This document shows, in pieces, positions 20,849 through 31,934 of a stretch of 64,000 bases of DNA; the first letter of the stretch is position 1, and each line of letters begins with the position of its first letter. Made by a program: the position numbers and the translations under genes. The stretch lies in NCBI GenBank assembly GCA_965207445.1, contig CBDBLX010000002.1:576001-640000 (forward strand). Reading direction: 5' to 3'. The DNA is from Nitrosopumilus sp. (GTDB taxonomy: Archaea > Thermoproteota > Nitrososphaeria > Nitrososphaerales > Nitrosopumilaceae). Below the pieces are notes generated by a model. The model was given only the letters and a program-made list of their open reading frames with translations, was not told the DNA's origin and ran no database searches.

Positions 20849-22309
20849 TCAAGGTGTCACCATGCCTGTATGTGCAAATATTGTGCTGCCATCGTTGGTG
20901 AATCGTAGACTGGTGTACGGGTATTTACTGGTATCGTACTTGCCCACGTTCCCCGTATATTCCTTGATCAGTTCGGTGTTCTGATACGCGTCAATCAACT
21001 CAATTCCTCTTCCCTGATCTAGAATGTAGTGCGGATCAATCAAGACGTATAAGTTATCAGTAGCAGGTGTATAATATAATATGTCTGCATAATCAAGAAA
21101 GACGTTGTCCCTGCCATGTACGTCTGATAGTATCCACGTATAGACGGGGCTGGCAAGCAACGTCATCTTGTCGTCATCAAAGTTCAGTATCGTGTCTTCA
21201 AGCGCGTCAAACTGGGCCGAGCTCATGTCGGTGTTGATTAGCATGGAGGAAACCACGATGCCGAACAGGGCAAAACCAAGGACCGTCACTGTGTTACTGG
21301 CCGTGAAAATGGTATTTCGTTTTATTCGCTGCAGGTTGTCATGTATCATGTATGAGACGGCGATGCAGGCCACTGGCATCAGCAATATGTAGTGGAAATA
21401 CTGGAAGAACCCCACGCTGCTCACAAATATTAAAAACGGCGCAAACCAGAACACCAGAAAGAGATCCTTCCTGATGGCCGCGTACATGAATGACGCGGCG
21501 CCCAGTACCGTCATCACGGGATCTATGCTGAACAGGTATCCTGTAACTGGCAGGACGCCGCCCGTGCCCCTCCCCGCCTGCCATAATACGTCTCGGAACC
21601 AATAGTCCAGCTGACCGAGGTGCGCGGCAAACGCGGGCCATGCAGAGGGAATCGCAAAGACTGGCGGCAGCCATTTGCTGAGCGCCTTGATCCCGTGGTT
21701 TGACGCTATGATGTACCCGACCACGGGTATCATCGTAACCGCAGTCAGCTTGGTAAATATGGCAAGTCCGAGCAGGATGGATGAGCCCAGTATCATGACG
21801 TTCTTGTTTTCAGAATCCCTTGAATGCAGGGCCAAAAGTATCGAGGAGAGCATGAAGGGGAGCAGTATGCCGTCAAGCAGTATTCTCCGGAGCATCCACG
21901 TCATCGGCATCGCTGCAAACAGCACCGATGCCAGTATTGCGACGTGCCTGCCGAATCTCTTTTCCGTGATCTTGTAGATTAGAAACGTGTCAAGAACAGC
22001 GAGAAGTCCCATAAGGATGCGCGGCGCCAGATACGACATTTCCAGAGATTGTTCCGCCGCCTGTGGAAAGCCGGCAACCTTTAGAAATCCAGACAAAAAT
22101 ATCTGGCCAAAGTAAGGGTGATCATAGAACGTCCCTTCCTGGGGATTACCGGTTTCCAAGACGGTCATGGCCCGCCTCATGTAAATTCCTTCATCAAAGA
22201 AGATGTCCGGGTATCCCACCGGGTTCCACAGATGGATGTAGGCAGATAGTACGAGTATCGCTGCCAATACGGCGTAATGACACCTCGTACTGGACTGTAA
22301 CAACTTCAA
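20849..22309 (-). CDS. GT-C glycosyltransferase (PMT/ArnT, GT39/GT83-like)
   Basis: FFDEGIY, YDHPYFG, LGLAIFTKLTA and many TM helices. Confidence 0.88.
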   Translation of the reverse strand: MKLLQSSTRCHYAVLAAILVLSAYIHLWNPVGYPDIFFDEGIYMRRAMTVLETGNPQEGTFYDHPYFGQIFLSGFLKVAGFPQAAEQSLEMSYLAPRILMGLLAVLDTFLIYKITEKRFGRHVAILASVLFAAMPMTWMLRRILLDGILLPFMLSSILLALHSRDSENKNVMILGSSILLGLAIFTKLTAVTMIPVVGYIIASNHGIKALSKWLPPVFAIPSAWPAFAAHLGQLDYWFRDVLWQAGRGTGGVLPVTGYLFSIDPVMTVLGAASFMYAAIRKDLFLVFWFAPFLIFVSSVGFFQYFHYILLMPVACIAVSYMIHDNLQRIKRNTIFTASNTVTVLGFALFGIVVSSMLINTDMSSAQFDALEDTILNFDDDKMTLLASPVYTWILSDVHGRDNVFLDYADILYYTPATDNLYVLIDPHYILDQGRGIELIDAYQNTELIKEYTGNVGKYDTSKYPYTSLRFTNDGSTIFAHTGMVTP

Positions 22310-22355
22310 TTTAGGTGACCTCGAAATTGAAACTTAATAAATTTGGACTGATCTC

Positions 22356-22489
22356 GGATCTTCTGCGTTAATCGTTGGTAACTGAAATCTGGCAAGTTCC
22401 GTAGGTATACTCATGGCGTGGTTGAATAAACTTTTTAAAAATTCACAATTTAAAATCTCACATAATGTATAATTCTGGTGAACATTTTC
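22356..22489 (+). mobile_element. Left-end remnant of the IS6-family element, cut by IS66
   Basis: Near-identical to 44883-45016 including the TIR; stops exactly at the IS66 left end. Confidence 0.9.
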
Positions 22490-24390
22490 GTAACTATTTT
22501 GCTTTTTGAAGTGGACACTTAAATTCTTATGATTATATACTGTGATAATTTTGGTTTAAAAAACTTGATCAAAAAGTCGGAATAATTTAACGTTAGGGTG
22601 TTAAATCAAAACGCTTCCATCTATCATTAAGAGTGAATAAAATGATAGACAGGAACGATATTAGATCATCGCAAAAATGTGTTTAGGCGATCAGTGTGAC
22701 TGGAATTGCAAGTGTCAATTATTTGCAGGAGGAGAGAACATAGTTGTGCTGCTCAGAACCTCGTGATAAAAACGCACAACATGCAAAAAACCATGTCTCA
22801 AAAGTGATTGCGAGTGTTGTAAGTAGTGGTTGCGCAATACCGATTGACACAATATTGCAAGAGTCATCGAATTCAAAGAAAAAAATAACGGCCAATGGTG
22901 TGTCTGAGATGCTACAAGATGTCAACACGTTAAAGACACAAAATGAAGAATTGGCCAAGGACAATAAAAAATATCAAAAGATCAACAAAGAGCTAAGAGC
23001 CAAGAAAAACGACATCAAGGCAGTCACTGCTAGTGATAAACTTGACAAAACGCCAGGTGAAAATAAATCAAGAGTAGAACAAAGGGGCAAAAAGCTACCA
23101 AAACTACGCGCCCCGTAGACATAGCCAGAACAGAGGTGATAGATGGCACTACATGCCCACAATGCAAAAACTTATTCTCATCGACCATAACAGACGAGTA
23201 TGACAGGGTGGTGGTCCAAATTATCACAACAATCAAAGAGTATGTCAAGTTTGATATCAAATGTCGCTGGTGTAGTAAATGCAAAAAGCAAGTGCAGCAA
23301 CCCATTTCAAATGTAAGGCCTCATGCACGCCGTTCAACTAATCATTCTGCAACCACAGTCACACTAAACATGAAAGGTCTATCACACGCAAAGACTGCAG
23401 AATTCAGCAAAGATGTCATGCAAGTTGAGATCTCCCCATCAGCGGCATATTGTGACAAGTTCACATGCCAAAGCACAAAAACCAAAACACGATGAGATCA
23501 AACAAAAAATTTTGAACAAAAGCGAGTTAGGCTGTGATGAGTTTGACTGGCCTGGGGCAAACAAAAAACATGCGTGCGGTTTAATTGCGCTCGGAGACGA
23601 CTGTTGTCTAATAGAGATAACTGACAACAAAACAATATCCACCCTCAAAAAATTCCTGCCAAAATACAATGGACTAGTACGGCATGACTCTAATCCATCA
23701 TGGGGTCACATTGGAATACAACATCAGATGTGTTTGTCACATCCGCTTCGACTGCCAAAAAAAGACATCCAATATGTGAATCCAAAAGGTGCAGTACTAC
23801 GATTTCTCAACACATTAGTTCAAATATTCAAACAATTCTATAAAGCAGATGAAATAGACGATCCTCACACACGACAAGTGGCCTCATATTGTTTGGACAG
23901 CCAACTGCGCCAACTAATGAACAATGATTGGACAAAGGAAAAAGACTGGGACGGCGACAAAGAGGGCATAATAAACAGATTCAAAAAAAGAGATGGAGAC
24001 GCGAATGATACCATATGAGCACCTTTTTACACATAAAGGGTATACCACCAGACAATAATGACGTTGAACGAACTAATCGAATATTTGTATCCATAAAAAA
24101 TGATGGTGGTGGAAACAGAACGTCTCGTGGTATGGAGGACAACTCAATATTATTCACACTGCTTGCAACAGGTAAGATCAGCGGCGAGAGCTTTTTTGAT
24201 ATGTTATGCAAGGGATACAAACCTGGCTAAAACTACAGAATCATTAATGTCCATCTGCGTATTGTAATCAACTACGCGCTATCATTGCCAATTGATTATA
24301 TGTGAATATACAATGCCGAGATCATCACGATCAGAGAAATGCGCATGATCATTTACCTTATGTGTGCACTTCAAAAAGCAAAATAGTTAC
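22490..24390 (+). mobile_element. IS66-family insertion sequence (single-ORF ISBst12-like organisation), inactive
   Basis: 29-bp TIR GTAACTATTTTGCTTTTTGAAGTG(G/C)ACAC with one mismatch; no TSD. Confidence 0.88.
22744..24230 (+). pseudogene. IS66-family transposase pseudogene
   Basis: Coiled coil, CPQC/CSKC zinc finger, GCDE, HQMCLSH, GIPPDNNDVERTNR; internal TAG at 23116-23118 and frameshifts near 23450 and 24000. Confidence 0.85.
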
Positions 24391-24528
24391 GGTAAGGATG
24401 GCAAAATTTCAGAAATCACAGTTCAACACTATACCATACTTGAAAAGTACGAAAAGGATCTGTTGGAAAAAATTCCAAGCACAATGATCAAACTAGAGAA
24501 AAAGTTCAAAGACGCACCCACTAGCTAG
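24391..24528 (+). pseudogene. 3' remnant of an unknown gene decapitated at the IS66 right end
   Basis: Open frame GKDGKISEITVQHYTILEKYEKDLLEKIP...* begins at the first base after the TIR. Confidence 0.45.
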
Positions 24529-25528
24529 CCGAGCGTCCCTTGGACGTGGTGATGCGGGGGTCGTCAATACGTGGCGCGGACTGGCTACCATTGTATCGCA
24601 AAGGCGGATCTCGTATCTTGCCCATTGGATCTGGTATCTTGACACTCTGCTTTGATGTATCCGTCATACATACTCTATGCAGTACGATAATTTAAGAGTT
24701 TTAGAGACAGTCGACTCGTACAAACTGTCAAATCTAGCGTAATCCTTTTGGCGCACTTCAATCGTGCAAATATTCTTATTTTCAAGTACTAAATGTAGAG
24801 TATCATCGATGTGCAGTAATTCATGCTCATTTGGCATACGATTACAAAGTACCAATGTAAACATACCCTACTGTTGAATTTAATCTGATTTGGGCTCGAT
24901 CTTTGGTATCTGGATTCGTGCCTGTCAACACATAGAATCGAGATTGGAGAGTACGTAACACTACTGGTTGGGACTGAGTTTGTTTCAATTCGAATTCTGC
25001 AAAGAATGAATTCCGATGAAGCTCGCATATCTCCTTTTAAACACACGCTTTCCAATGCATAGATTCAAAGATATTCGCATATGACCCTGTTGGTTAAGTT
25101 CGAGCGCATTTTAGCACGAAAATTGAAGAATCGCTTATAAGGATCCAACATAGATACTTACAAGACAACTTAATAGCACGAGTATGATATATGACGGCTC
25201 TGTTAGTGTTTTGGACTGATTGATCTAGACCTGTAAACTAGAAAACGCCCCCAGCCAATAATTGCATAGAGCAGCACAGACAAACCAGTATTGCGAAGAC
25301 CCTAATCAATCTCCGCAAGTGTTGTTCCAAATACCTCAAGAAAATGCTCTGAGCGCATATGGCATTGCACTGTAAACTCGTGAACAGTTCTGAACTGTTC
25401 AGGATTGTATGGTTGTAATGATAGTACTACAACTACTGTTATTGATACGAAGCCTACAAAAAACAGTCTTTTGCTTTTCATAATAAAAATAACTCGCGTG
25501 GGCGATCATAATGTGACGTATACAGGAA

Positions 25529-26164
25529 TCATTGTCTTGCTTCAGACATTACCGATGAAATACTTCGTCCCTCTGAGAACAGTTCGTTATACGCACGGTT
25601 ATTCTGAATTTTGTACTTGCCAAATTCACCAAGCTTGACGTACAGTACATCATCACTTATTATGTCATGTGGATCTTGTGCCACGTGCACAATAACTCGC
25701 TCGCCCAACTCATAGTGTTCTTCTCCGCCGTCAAGATACAGCACGTTGTTTAACAGTTTGCCAGTTATTACGACAGTTACGACTGAGCCACGATCCAATT
25801 GGTTTTTGGCCTTTCCGGTTTCATCAACTTCGATGTCCACCTGTATTTTGACGTTATTGCCACGCGTCTCAGCATACCCTGCAGATTTTGGGGTGGGATC
25901 TGTCCACGGGATTGGTTCTGAGACGTGAACCACTGTGCCCATGATTGTGTAATCTACTGCGTCTTTGACCTTTTTTATATCCGTAGTAGTCCAGCTTGCA
26001 TCTCCCTGAACTACATCAGTTACAGAACCTAGTGAGTGAGCAATGTTCGAAGGAACATAAGGTGCGCTTGCAGTGTTTGGCAGATGCACTTCAGATACGA
26101 TCAGTGTCGAAACGGCAGCTATTCCAATGGCTGCGACTATTGTCATCAGGTACATGTTTTTCAT
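25529..26164 (-). CDS. Hypothetical secreted/membrane-anchored protein
   Basis: N-terminal hydrophobic segment and beta-rich body; starts 1 bp after the protease stop. Confidence 0.75.
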   Translation of the reverse strand: MKNMYLMTIVAAIGIAAVSTLIVSEVHLPNTASAPYVPSNIAHSLGSVTDVVQGDASWTTTDIKKVKDAVDYTIMGTVVHVSEPIPWTDPTPKSAGYAETRGNNVKIQVDIEVDETGKAKNQLDRGSVVTVVITGKLLNNVLYLDGGEEHYELGERVIVHVAQDPHDIISDDVLYVKLGEFGKYKIQNNRAYNELFSEGRSISSVMSEARQ

Positions 26165-26165
26165 T

Positions 26166-26782
26166 TTAATACCCCCAATTTACCTGTGTTATGTCCCCGC
26201 TTCCAATTTGACTGTAGGTTGAGCTGCTGCTATCCTTCATCATGGTGTGAGTGCGGTACACATTGTCATGGTGAGTCATTCCCGCAAAGTGTCCGTATTC
26301 ATGGTTTGCTATCCAATCCAGATTCGGTCTAACAGACAAGCATGATTGATCTTCCTGCCAGTCAATGGATGAATTGTTGTTGAATTCGATATCTTTGTAT
26401 TCGTTTCCTTCCGTAGTGTTTACAACAAGATCAGCTTTGGCAGCTTTACTTGTATCGCTGTCGTAAAACGAACTGATACGCGACTCGTATGTGTCACAAC
26501 TAGTATCGTGGGTGATGTTAAAATCGGTATTATCGTCCATCTCGTCTTCTCCAAGCTGAATCTGACCTGCCACTGTTGAGCCTCGGTTTGTGTTACCTTC
26601 GTACTTCATGGCATTCAACGAAGTGATGTCATAACATACATTCACCGTAGAAGATGAAAATTTGTAAGTGAAGGCGTATCACTATGGGCTAGAACGCCCG
26701 GTACTATGGAAAATCCTGTAACCATAAATGCAAGCAGCATTAATGTTAGCGCCGATGATGTTTTGGTTGTTTTCAAAGTCAT
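26166..26782 (-). pseudogene. Secreted metzincin (matrixin-like) zinc metalloprotease, frameshifted near 26680
   Basis: HEYGHFAGMTH (HExxHxxGxxH) plus Met-turn HTMM; signal peptide MTLKTTKTSSALTLMLLAFMVTGFSIVPGVLA lies in another frame starting at 26782. Confidence 0.72.
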
Positions 26783-27239
26783 TGCACATACTTACGATAC
26801 TGCGTTATATAAGGAGGTTAAACCGAATCTGGAGTGCCTTTTTGTCTGTAAGATCTGACACTGATCTGCAAGGAACAGCCACGCTATACGAATGGTATAG
26901 ACGCAAAGCCCCCACTACGCGTGCCGTCCACTAGGATCCCATGCTGACCAAATCCGGTAGGCGCCAGCCGTATAGACAAAACAACACTCCTCGAACGTGA
27001 GCAACAAGGCCATCCAGGAGGTGTACGCAGACATGGGCAGAACATGGAGATGGAAGTGGGTTACATGGCATCCCCACCCCTCTATTGCAGAGTTCGAATC
27101 GAAACTAGCTCGAACTTAACTAGGTGCTGGTGCCAATTCGTGACATGACCATCTCCCCGAATCCATATTATGAATTGGAGCCACTACCTACCAAAGCACT
27201 ATTCATTGAGAACGAGATTGCATAAACACGGCATGTGCA

Positions 27240-28223
27240 CGGAGGAGATGATCAGTGCAGGGACGGCATCCAGGTACTATTCGACCAGCTACTGCCAGTG
27301 GGTCTGAAAGTAATTGGTGTCCAGCTTTAGCAGGCCCGTGTGGCTGAGCATCATCTCCTTTTTGATCAGTGCCGCTAGGGGTGAGTCCCTTGAGAGCGTC
27401 TCTTTGTTGATTTTGTTAAAGTACCTCCTGAACCCGTTCATGATCGGGACCTCGTGGTTACTCTGCCCTATCTTGAGCAGGTCCCTGATGTCCGCCTTTT
27501 TGAGGACCTTGTTGAGCATGTTTGCCACGTGTCGCAGCTGAGCGGTATCGGCCTGTCCCCTGCCGCTTGAGAAACCTGTCCTTTGGCTGCGGGTTGCGCA
27601 TTACGCTTGCGCGCCACTGCGTGCGGTATGTCTTGACTGCCTCCCACACCTCTGGCGTGAACATTGCAAAATACTGTTCGTTTGAGCCGGAATATATGGT
27701 GATTATGCTGCACGCCACGTCGGACTCTCCCGAGTCGTCGTGTCTTCCCATTACAAACCTGCCGTTGACCCTGTATACGGGCCTTGTGCAGTCCCACGTA
27801 AAGTCAAACCCTCCGTGCCTGATTCCGGACGACGACGGACTCGAGCGGGTTGGCAAATTTCAGGATCGTGACGATCTCCTCACTGGTATACACCCTGGTG
27901 TCTTGGTTGGTTTCGGGCTCCGGGTATGTCGAGTCGATCCACTCCTGAAAGTGGACGCCGTTCATCTTGAACATCTTCTTGATGGGCTTAAACATGTTGG
28001 GTACGTTGTTGGGGCTAAAATGGTCCGGATCCTCTGCGGGCCTTTCGCACCGCTTGCGGAGGCGCGTCGAGTATGCAAACAGTATGCCGGTCACCTCGTC
28101 CGGGTTCTCCTTTGCCTTTTGCACGATCTCGTTTGCCCGCTGCGCAAAGTACGCGTCAAGCACCGCGCAAATCCTCTTGTTATCGCCATCTGCGAGGCGC
28201 ACCTTTCTCTGCTTTTCACGCAT
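27240..28223 (-). pseudogene. Tyrosine recombinase/integrase pseudogene
   Basis: SSGIR.GG, HEVPIMNGFRRYF and MLSHTG...LDTNYF spread over several frames with internal stops; adjacent to the tRNA-Lys 3' end. Confidence 0.82.
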
Positions 28224-28427
28224 TTGGATCGCCGTCCAGATAGTCTTCTAGGGTGCCGCACAAAAAGTCCATCAGTCTCCTTTCGTAGGTCTGGCGCGTC
28301 ACGTCAGACTTGATGCAGCTCCGGAAGTGTCAGTGTATCGCCGGTGGTTTCCATGATATTTCCTCTGCTCAGTCTCATTTGCATGTATCTATATGCGTAG
28401 TGTCCTTTATGTGTGTCAAAAATGATG

Positions 28428-28501
28428 CGGGTCTAAAGGGATTCGGACCCTTGACAACCGGATTAAAAGTCCGGTGCGCTACCTGGCTGCGCCATAGACC
28501 C
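28428..28501 (-). tRNA. tRNA-Lys(TTT)
   Basis: GGGTCTA/TAGACCC acceptor stem; anticodon arm CCGGA-CTTTTAA-TCCGG. Confidence 0.92.
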
Positions 28502-28604
28502 ACTTATGTAATGTCTCTTTAAAGCCAATTTAGTCTTTTGTCGTGCTACATTTCAGAATAACATATCAGAAACTTTTAATCTACCTTTTTTGACTCAAAT
28601 GTGT

Positions 28605-28682
28605 GCCCTTGTAGTATAGCCAGGTCTAGAATTCGGCCCTGTCACGGCTGAGACGCGTGTTCAAATCCCGCCGAGGGCGCCA
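28605..28682 (+). tRNA. tRNA-Asp(GTC)
   Basis: GCCCTTG/CGAGGGC acceptor stem; anticodon arm CGGCC-CTGTCAC-GGCTG; TTCAAAT T-loop; encoded CCA. Confidence 0.93.
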
Positions 28683-29230
28683 TACTTTTACAAAATGATT
28701 GTAGATGTTTTATGGCTACAAATACATGCGCATGTGATAATTGTTTTTGTTACACTTTTTACATGATATCTTGATACATGGCGTGACTCGTCAATTTTTT
28801 ATTTTAATATTAATGAATTATAATGCATTGTTGACATTTTTGTATATGTGCATTTATTACATTAAAAATAAAATTCAAGTTATATTATTATGTTTAATAT
28901 AATTATTATTTTATTTAACATCATTTAATATATTTTATTCATATATTACATTGTACTGATAATTATTGCAAATGTTAAATGTGTATATTAAATTATATTT
29001 TGTTTTTTATACATTGATTTTTGGCAACAAATTTTTATATACTTTTATATTTTTAACTATTAAAGTTTTTTATTGTTTATGGTAATTTTTTGATGTGATT
29101 TTTGTAATTTACATGTAGATACTTTTATCATGTTTGTTATAATTGATGTAATGATTCAAACTAAATATTCATTTTCTAAAAACCCAAATACATGTGACTT
29201 TTTAAAAAGGCAAATAGTATACACTTGATA

Positions 29231-29680
29231 ATGAAGATTGTAATTAGGACTGCCATTGTTTCTGATGTGGATATAATACTTGACTTGTTGTATGAGCTTG
29301 AAAGGCCCCGACCTACAAATAAATCTGATTTACAAATTTTTAAAGATATCATATTACAGTACATTACTGGTAAGGATAAAACATTGATTGTAGCAGAATA
29401 TGATAAACTAGTTGTAGGATTATCAAGTATAATGTTTCTTTTACGATGCAACCAAAAGCAGATGGAAATGTATATTCCAGAATTGATAATTCGACACCAG
29501 TACCAAAACTGTGGAATTGGAAAGATGTTAATCAAACATTGTGTATCGCTTGCGCGCGAAAAAAATTGCTATAGAATTCGACTAGAATCAGGCAACTGGC
29601 GAAAAAACTCGCATATGTTTTACAAACACATGGGTTTTTCACAATCTGCACTGTCGTATGATCTTTTGATGTCTGATTGA
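29231..29680 (+). CDS. GNAT-family N-acetyltransferase
   Basis: YQNCGIGKMLI acetyl-CoA motif; SHMFYKHMGF. Confidence 0.9.
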   Translation: MKIVIRTAIVSDVDIILDLLYELERPRPTNKSDLQIFKDIILQYITGKDKTLIVAEYDKLVVGLSSIMFLLRCNQKQMEMYIPELIIRHQYQNCGIGKMLIKHCVSLAREKNCYRIRLESGNWRKNSHMFYKHMGFSQSALSYDLLMSD

Positions 29681-29780
29681 CTAAACCCTGTGTAAATTGA
29701 TCTTTAATGTGCCAAATTGTGTGTTTGAGATGCCATTTTTGCGATAATATTAAAATTCAAGCAGTTAAGAGGCTCTAGTA

Positions 29781-30590
29781 TTGCCCGAGGCAGATAACAA
29801 TACTAGCACTGAAAAGTCTACTCAGACACCAAATGAGCACAAAGATGATAATGATGATGATGGTGCATCTGATACACCTGTTGCCACAACACCTCAAACC
29901 ATCTCAACTAGTGACGAAAAATCCACGTCTACTGATGATGATGCAAAAACCAAATCTTTGAACAAAGACACTACTACAAATGAAGAGTTGACAGAGTCAC
30001 AGATCGCAATGAAAAAAGCAGAAGAGGCAGTCAAAGCAGCAGAGGCTGCAGAAGCAGATGCCAAACTAGCTGCAAAGAGAGCCGCATCTGCTAAAGCAGA
30101 AGCAGAAGCTGTAATTGAAAAAGAGTACAAGGCATTAGCGACACAGATAAAATCTAGTACTGTCAAAAAAAATCCATACACATACAAACGAGAGTCCGAA
30201 GCTATATTTCGGCGTGATATGGGTGAGCCTGAGTTCTTTCTTGATAAAAAAGATCGATTTCCACGACCTATTTTGACTCCACAACAACAAGAGTCTTTGA
30301 CTAGACAAGCTGAGACTCCACGGGACCAAACTCCTGAATACATCCCAGAGCATGTTTTAAGTCCCGAGTTCAAAGGTCTCACAAACTATGAGCGTGGAGT
30401 TGATTCTTACTTGCAAGAGTTATACGAAAAACTGAATATATTAAAAAAGACACCAAATCATAATATTGCTAGTATTTCAAAACTTAAATCTCAAATAGCA
30501 TATTTAGAATCTTTACATGAGAATTATTATCTTGGAATGAATGTATTTCGTACTGCAAAGGGTGGAAGATCAAAAATTACGGCACGGTGA
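29781..30590 (+). CDS. Hypothetical protein with low-complexity N-terminus
   Basis: Long ORF directly upstream of the HemA-like gene; function not recognised. Confidence 0.75.
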   Translation: MPEADNNTSTEKSTQTPNEHKDDNDDDGASDTPVATTPQTISTSDEKSTSTDDDAKTKSLNKDTTTNEELTESQIAMKKAEEAVKAAEAAEADAKLAAKRAASAKAEAEAVIEKEYKALATQIKSSTVKKNPYTYKRESEAIFRRDMGEPEFFLDKKDRFPRPILTPQQQESLTRQAETPRDQTPEYIPEHVLSPEFKGLTNYERGVDSYLQELYEKLNILKKTPNHNIASISKLKSQIAYLESLHENYYLGMNVFRTAKGGRSKITAR

Positions 30591-30594
30591 CTTT

Positions 30595-31680
30595 ATGACA
30601 GACGACAACAAGATTAATTTTGATATAATAAATGTCCGTGTGACATTCAAAAACGTTCCAATGCATACGCTCTCAAAATTCGTGTTTGATGATATTGACA
30701 ACGCTGCAAAAGAGTTCAAAAATATTCGGGGTGTTGATGAGTGCATTATAGTACAGACTGCAAGTCGTGTTGAGATATTTGCAGTAAGTGATAATGTATC
30801 TGTAAGTGATCTTGATTTACGACGAGCAGATGGACAGAACATGATACTTAACAAGATTAAAGAGACTTGGATATCTATGTCTAATCTGGATCAAATTGAT
30901 ATTGATCATATTGATCAGACAATTGAAGTATACATGGGTGAAGGTGTGTATAGAAATTTACTGCGTCTTGCTACTGGACTTGACTCTATTGTTGTGGGCA
31001 AACAAGAGATATACGATGAGATTGTTCATGCGTCTACTGTTGCAAAATCTGCAGGTGTATCTGGTCCCATACTTGATAAACTATTTACATCAGTTATTCG
31101 TATTGCAAGCCACATACGTGAATCCACTGAGATTGGCGATGACGTAACATCTCTTGGTGACGTTGCAATTAAGATCGTGTCTGAAAAGGCAGGTATTGAT
31201 TCTAAAAAGAAGATCCTATTGATAGGAACCGGTGAGCCTGCCGCTATGCTTGCCAAAGCACTGATAAAGGGAAATATGTCCTTTGATGTTGCTAGTCGAC
31301 TGCTTGTAAGAGCTGCGGGTTTTGTAAAGATACTTGGTGGTGGCACTGCAGTAGAATTTGAGTCTGCACTTGCAACTTTTGACAAATATGACATTGTTTT
31401 GGTTGCTACTACCTCTGATTACTTTTTGATTACTTATGAACGCATTCATCTTGTAATGGAAGAAAAGAAAAAGGGGACTTTGATACTTGATCTCTCTGAC
31501 CCTCGAACAGTTGATGAGGGTGTTACAGCATTTCCTGGTGTTAAACTACTGTTTAGAGATCAAGTGTACGAACTCTATCTTGAAAATGCCATGGCTCATG
31601 AAGCTTTGGTCCCTGTTGTTGAAAAGATAATTGAGAAAGAACTGCCTGTACTGTCTGTCCAAATGAACTCGACTAGTTAA
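30595..31680 (+). CDS. hemA: Glutamyl-tRNA reductase-like protein with degenerate catalytic motif
   Basis: GLDSIVVG, LIGTGE Rossmann motif and ILDLSDPR.VD; canonical TCNR reads TASR. Confidence 0.75.
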   Translation: MTDDNKINFDIINVRVTFKNVPMHTLSKFVFDDIDNAAKEFKNIRGVDECIIVQTASRVEIFAVSDNVSVSDLDLRRADGQNMILNKIKETWISMSNLDQIDIDHIDQTIEVYMGEGVYRNLLRLATGLDSIVVGKQEIYDEIVHASTVAKSAGVSGPILDKLFTSVIRIASHIRESTEIGDDVTSLGDVAIKIVSEKAGIDSKKKILLIGTGEPAAMLAKALIKGNMSFDVASRLLVRAAGFVKILGGGTAVEFESALATFDKYDIVLVATTSDYFLITYERIHLVMEEKKKGTLILDLSDPRTVDEGVTAFPGVKLLFRDQVYELYLENAMAHEALVPVVEKIIEKELPVLSVQMNSTS

Positions 31681-31691
31681 ATCCGTACGTG

Positions 31692-31856
31692 CTATTTTTG
31701 TTTTCGTAAGACAAACTGCACTACTGCTTCTCGAGAATACTCTATCCCGTGCATAGTCTCCATGTGTTCTCTGAAATTCTCAACTACGTAATCTTGTTCT
31801 CCTTCTATACTATAATCACACTCAAACCCATAATCTCTACAGGCTAGCCTTATCAT
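31692..31856 (-). CDS. Small metal-binding protein (DUF1059-like), 54 aa, below the ORF-track cut-off
   Basis: MIRLACRDYGFECDYSIEGEQDYVVENFREHMETMHGIEYSREAVVQFVLRKQK; C-x6-C...H-x4-H pattern. Confidence 0.8.
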   Translation of the reverse strand: MIRLACRDYGFECDYSIEGEQDYVVENFREHMETMHGIEYSREAVVQFVLRKQK

Positions 31857-31934
31857 GTTAATCTTGTTTGTTGCACTAGATTATAAAAATCAACTCGAGT
31901 ACAACACATTAACGTTCTTTGATCATCAAATTAA

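Larger units (their letters stand above)
13102..28420. mobile_element. Decaying genomic island between argH and the tRNA-Lys 3' end
   Basis: Integrase pseudogene next to the tRNA 3' end, visibly GC-richer genes, IS/MITE clusters and accessory cargo; no att duplication found by eye. Confidence 0.6.

Noticed and set aside
24530..25400. Short ORFs 24664..24864 and 24789..25055 and neighbouring sequence
   Set aside because: Looks like degraded coding DNA but no family could be supported
27522..28313. 263-aa plus-strand ORF
   Set aside because: Antisense shadow of the GC-rich integrase pseudogene; no recognisable motifs
28690..29200. Very AT-rich spacer as a replication origin
   Set aside because: No ORB repeats or adjacent cdc6/orc1; similar AT-rich spacers occur at 4760-5020 and 43560-43860
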